This document shows, piece by piece, positions 62,801-64,000 of a stretch of 64,000 nucleotides of DNA (the stretch's first letter is position 1; the number at the start of each line of letters is the position of its first letter). The DNA comes from Callorhinchus milii. Its lineage: Eukaryota. The translations under genes and the position numbers were made by a program. Location of the stretch: positions 620,001-684,000 of the forward strand of contig NW_024704770.1 of NCBI RefSeq assembly GCF_018977255.1, in the 5' to 3' direction. Under the pieces are notes generated by a model. It was given only the letters and a program-made list of their open reading frames with translations, was not told where the DNA came from and made no database searches.

Positions 62801-63409
62801 GCTGTGGTCACAAGAGAGAGGAAACTGTACAAGGTACTGGTATTACACTGTATGTTGTACATGGTGACAATAGTCCAGAATCTCGGTCAAAGGTTTGTTA
62901 GCTACCAAGGTAGGGAGAGCAAACAAGTTAATAATTATTTCATTATAACCTCCCTTTGATCTTGCAACACGTTGACAAGCTGTTTAATGACTTGCTGGAA
63001 ACCAGGTGTGGTCAGTTATATCACCTGTTGTGTCCGAGTTTCTCAGCCACAGTAGTTATTTATTGTGTACCAGCAGTAGGGGATGAGGGGCTGTGGACCT
63101 GTCAGGTTCATGTTCCTCCGTCAAGCCAAGATTTCATTTATCACCAAAGTCGATGTGTGATCACATCTAATATTTATTTTAGTATTTTAAAAAATACGTC
63201 ATGTGCACAAAGTGGCTTTCTCCGCTGCTGGTGGGGAGAGAATGGGGACATGGAGTTAGGATGGGAAGCGAGTGGGTGGACCCCCACAAATACAGAAGTG
63301 GAAAGAGGGGCGGGCAAGGGCATGGAGGCAATTGAAGGTTAGAACAGGAATGTAAAGCACAAATCATAATCTTACTGAAATATCAGTGTGGATCCTGGTG
63401 TATTGGGGA

Positions 63410-63600
63410 AGGAGGGGAGGATTGTGTAGGGAGTTTGTGTAGGGAGGGGGAGTTTGTGTAGGGAGGGGGAGTTTGTGTAGGGAGTGGGAGTTTGTGGAGG
63501 GAGGGGGAGTTTGTGGAGGGAGGGGGAGTTTGTGGAGGGAGGGGGAGTTTGTGTAGGGAGGGGGAGTTTGTGTAGGGAGGGGGAGTTTGTGTAGGGAGAA
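63410..63600. repeat. 19-bp minisatellite gggagggggagtttgtg(t/g)a
   Basis: About 9-10 tandem units. Confidence 0.9.
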
Positions 63601-64000
63601 GGAGATTGTGTGGCGAGAGGACAGAGATCGATGGTGCGGATGTGGGAAGAGGAAGAGTAAATACTGAAAGGTTGGATTAACCAGACATTATTAATCAGGA
63701 GAGTAAATACCCCGGCCCCTCCCGATAGGGAATGTCCACGTGTTCAGGAGAGAGATCGGGATTATTGTTCTCAGGGTCTATTCCTGGTTCCACATTTACT
63801 GGGTTTCTTACCTTCTCCCTCTGGCTCTTCGCCCATATTGTTTTTACACTGAACTTTGCTCCATTTCCACATCAATCTCTTTGCCGACCAATCACTGGCA
63901 TTGTTCACAGTCCCCGAAGGTGTGTCAATCGGAGTGGAGTGAACTCTGTCACAGGACGGGACACACAGCAGCAACACTGACACTGAAGCAGTTTAACCCA

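Overview
Vertebrate genomic DNA from a cartilaginous fish, probably a chimaera (inferred from a C-mu sequence divergent from shark C-mu). It is rich in L2/CR1 LINE fragments, tRNA-derived SINEs and minisatellites, and has three N-gaps. Main contents: (1) A complete, unrearranged, apparently functional IgM heavy-chain minilocus on the minus strand: leader-VH-D1-D2-JH-Cmu1-4-secretory tail-TM1-TM2, 48623 to 35785, with canonical 23 / 12-22 / 12-12 / 22 RSSs. (2) Three two-exon rhodopsin-class GPCR genes of the GPR139/GPR142-like family. Two lie in a ~12.4 kb tandem duplication whose flanks are near-identical but whose coding exons differ at ~19% of residues; the third lies on the far side of the IgM locus in the opposite orientation. 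(3) A spliced gene missed by the ORF track: four phase-compatible exons (20883-25118) encoding a WC1/SCART/CD163-like transmembrane segment, an ITAM-spaced YVSL-x6-YAEI motif and a cytoplasmic tail with 19 copies of a 9-aa Cys-rich repeat, preceded by a decayed SRCR exon. The GPCR exon ends in a consensus splice donor that is in phase with this exon chain, raising the possibility of a GPCR-immunoreceptor chimeric transcript. (4) The IgM locus is bracketed by a near-identical inverted repeat carrying a TCR-beta-type decamer, CTCF-like motifs and GC-box arrays. All identities are manual estimates; no database searches were run.
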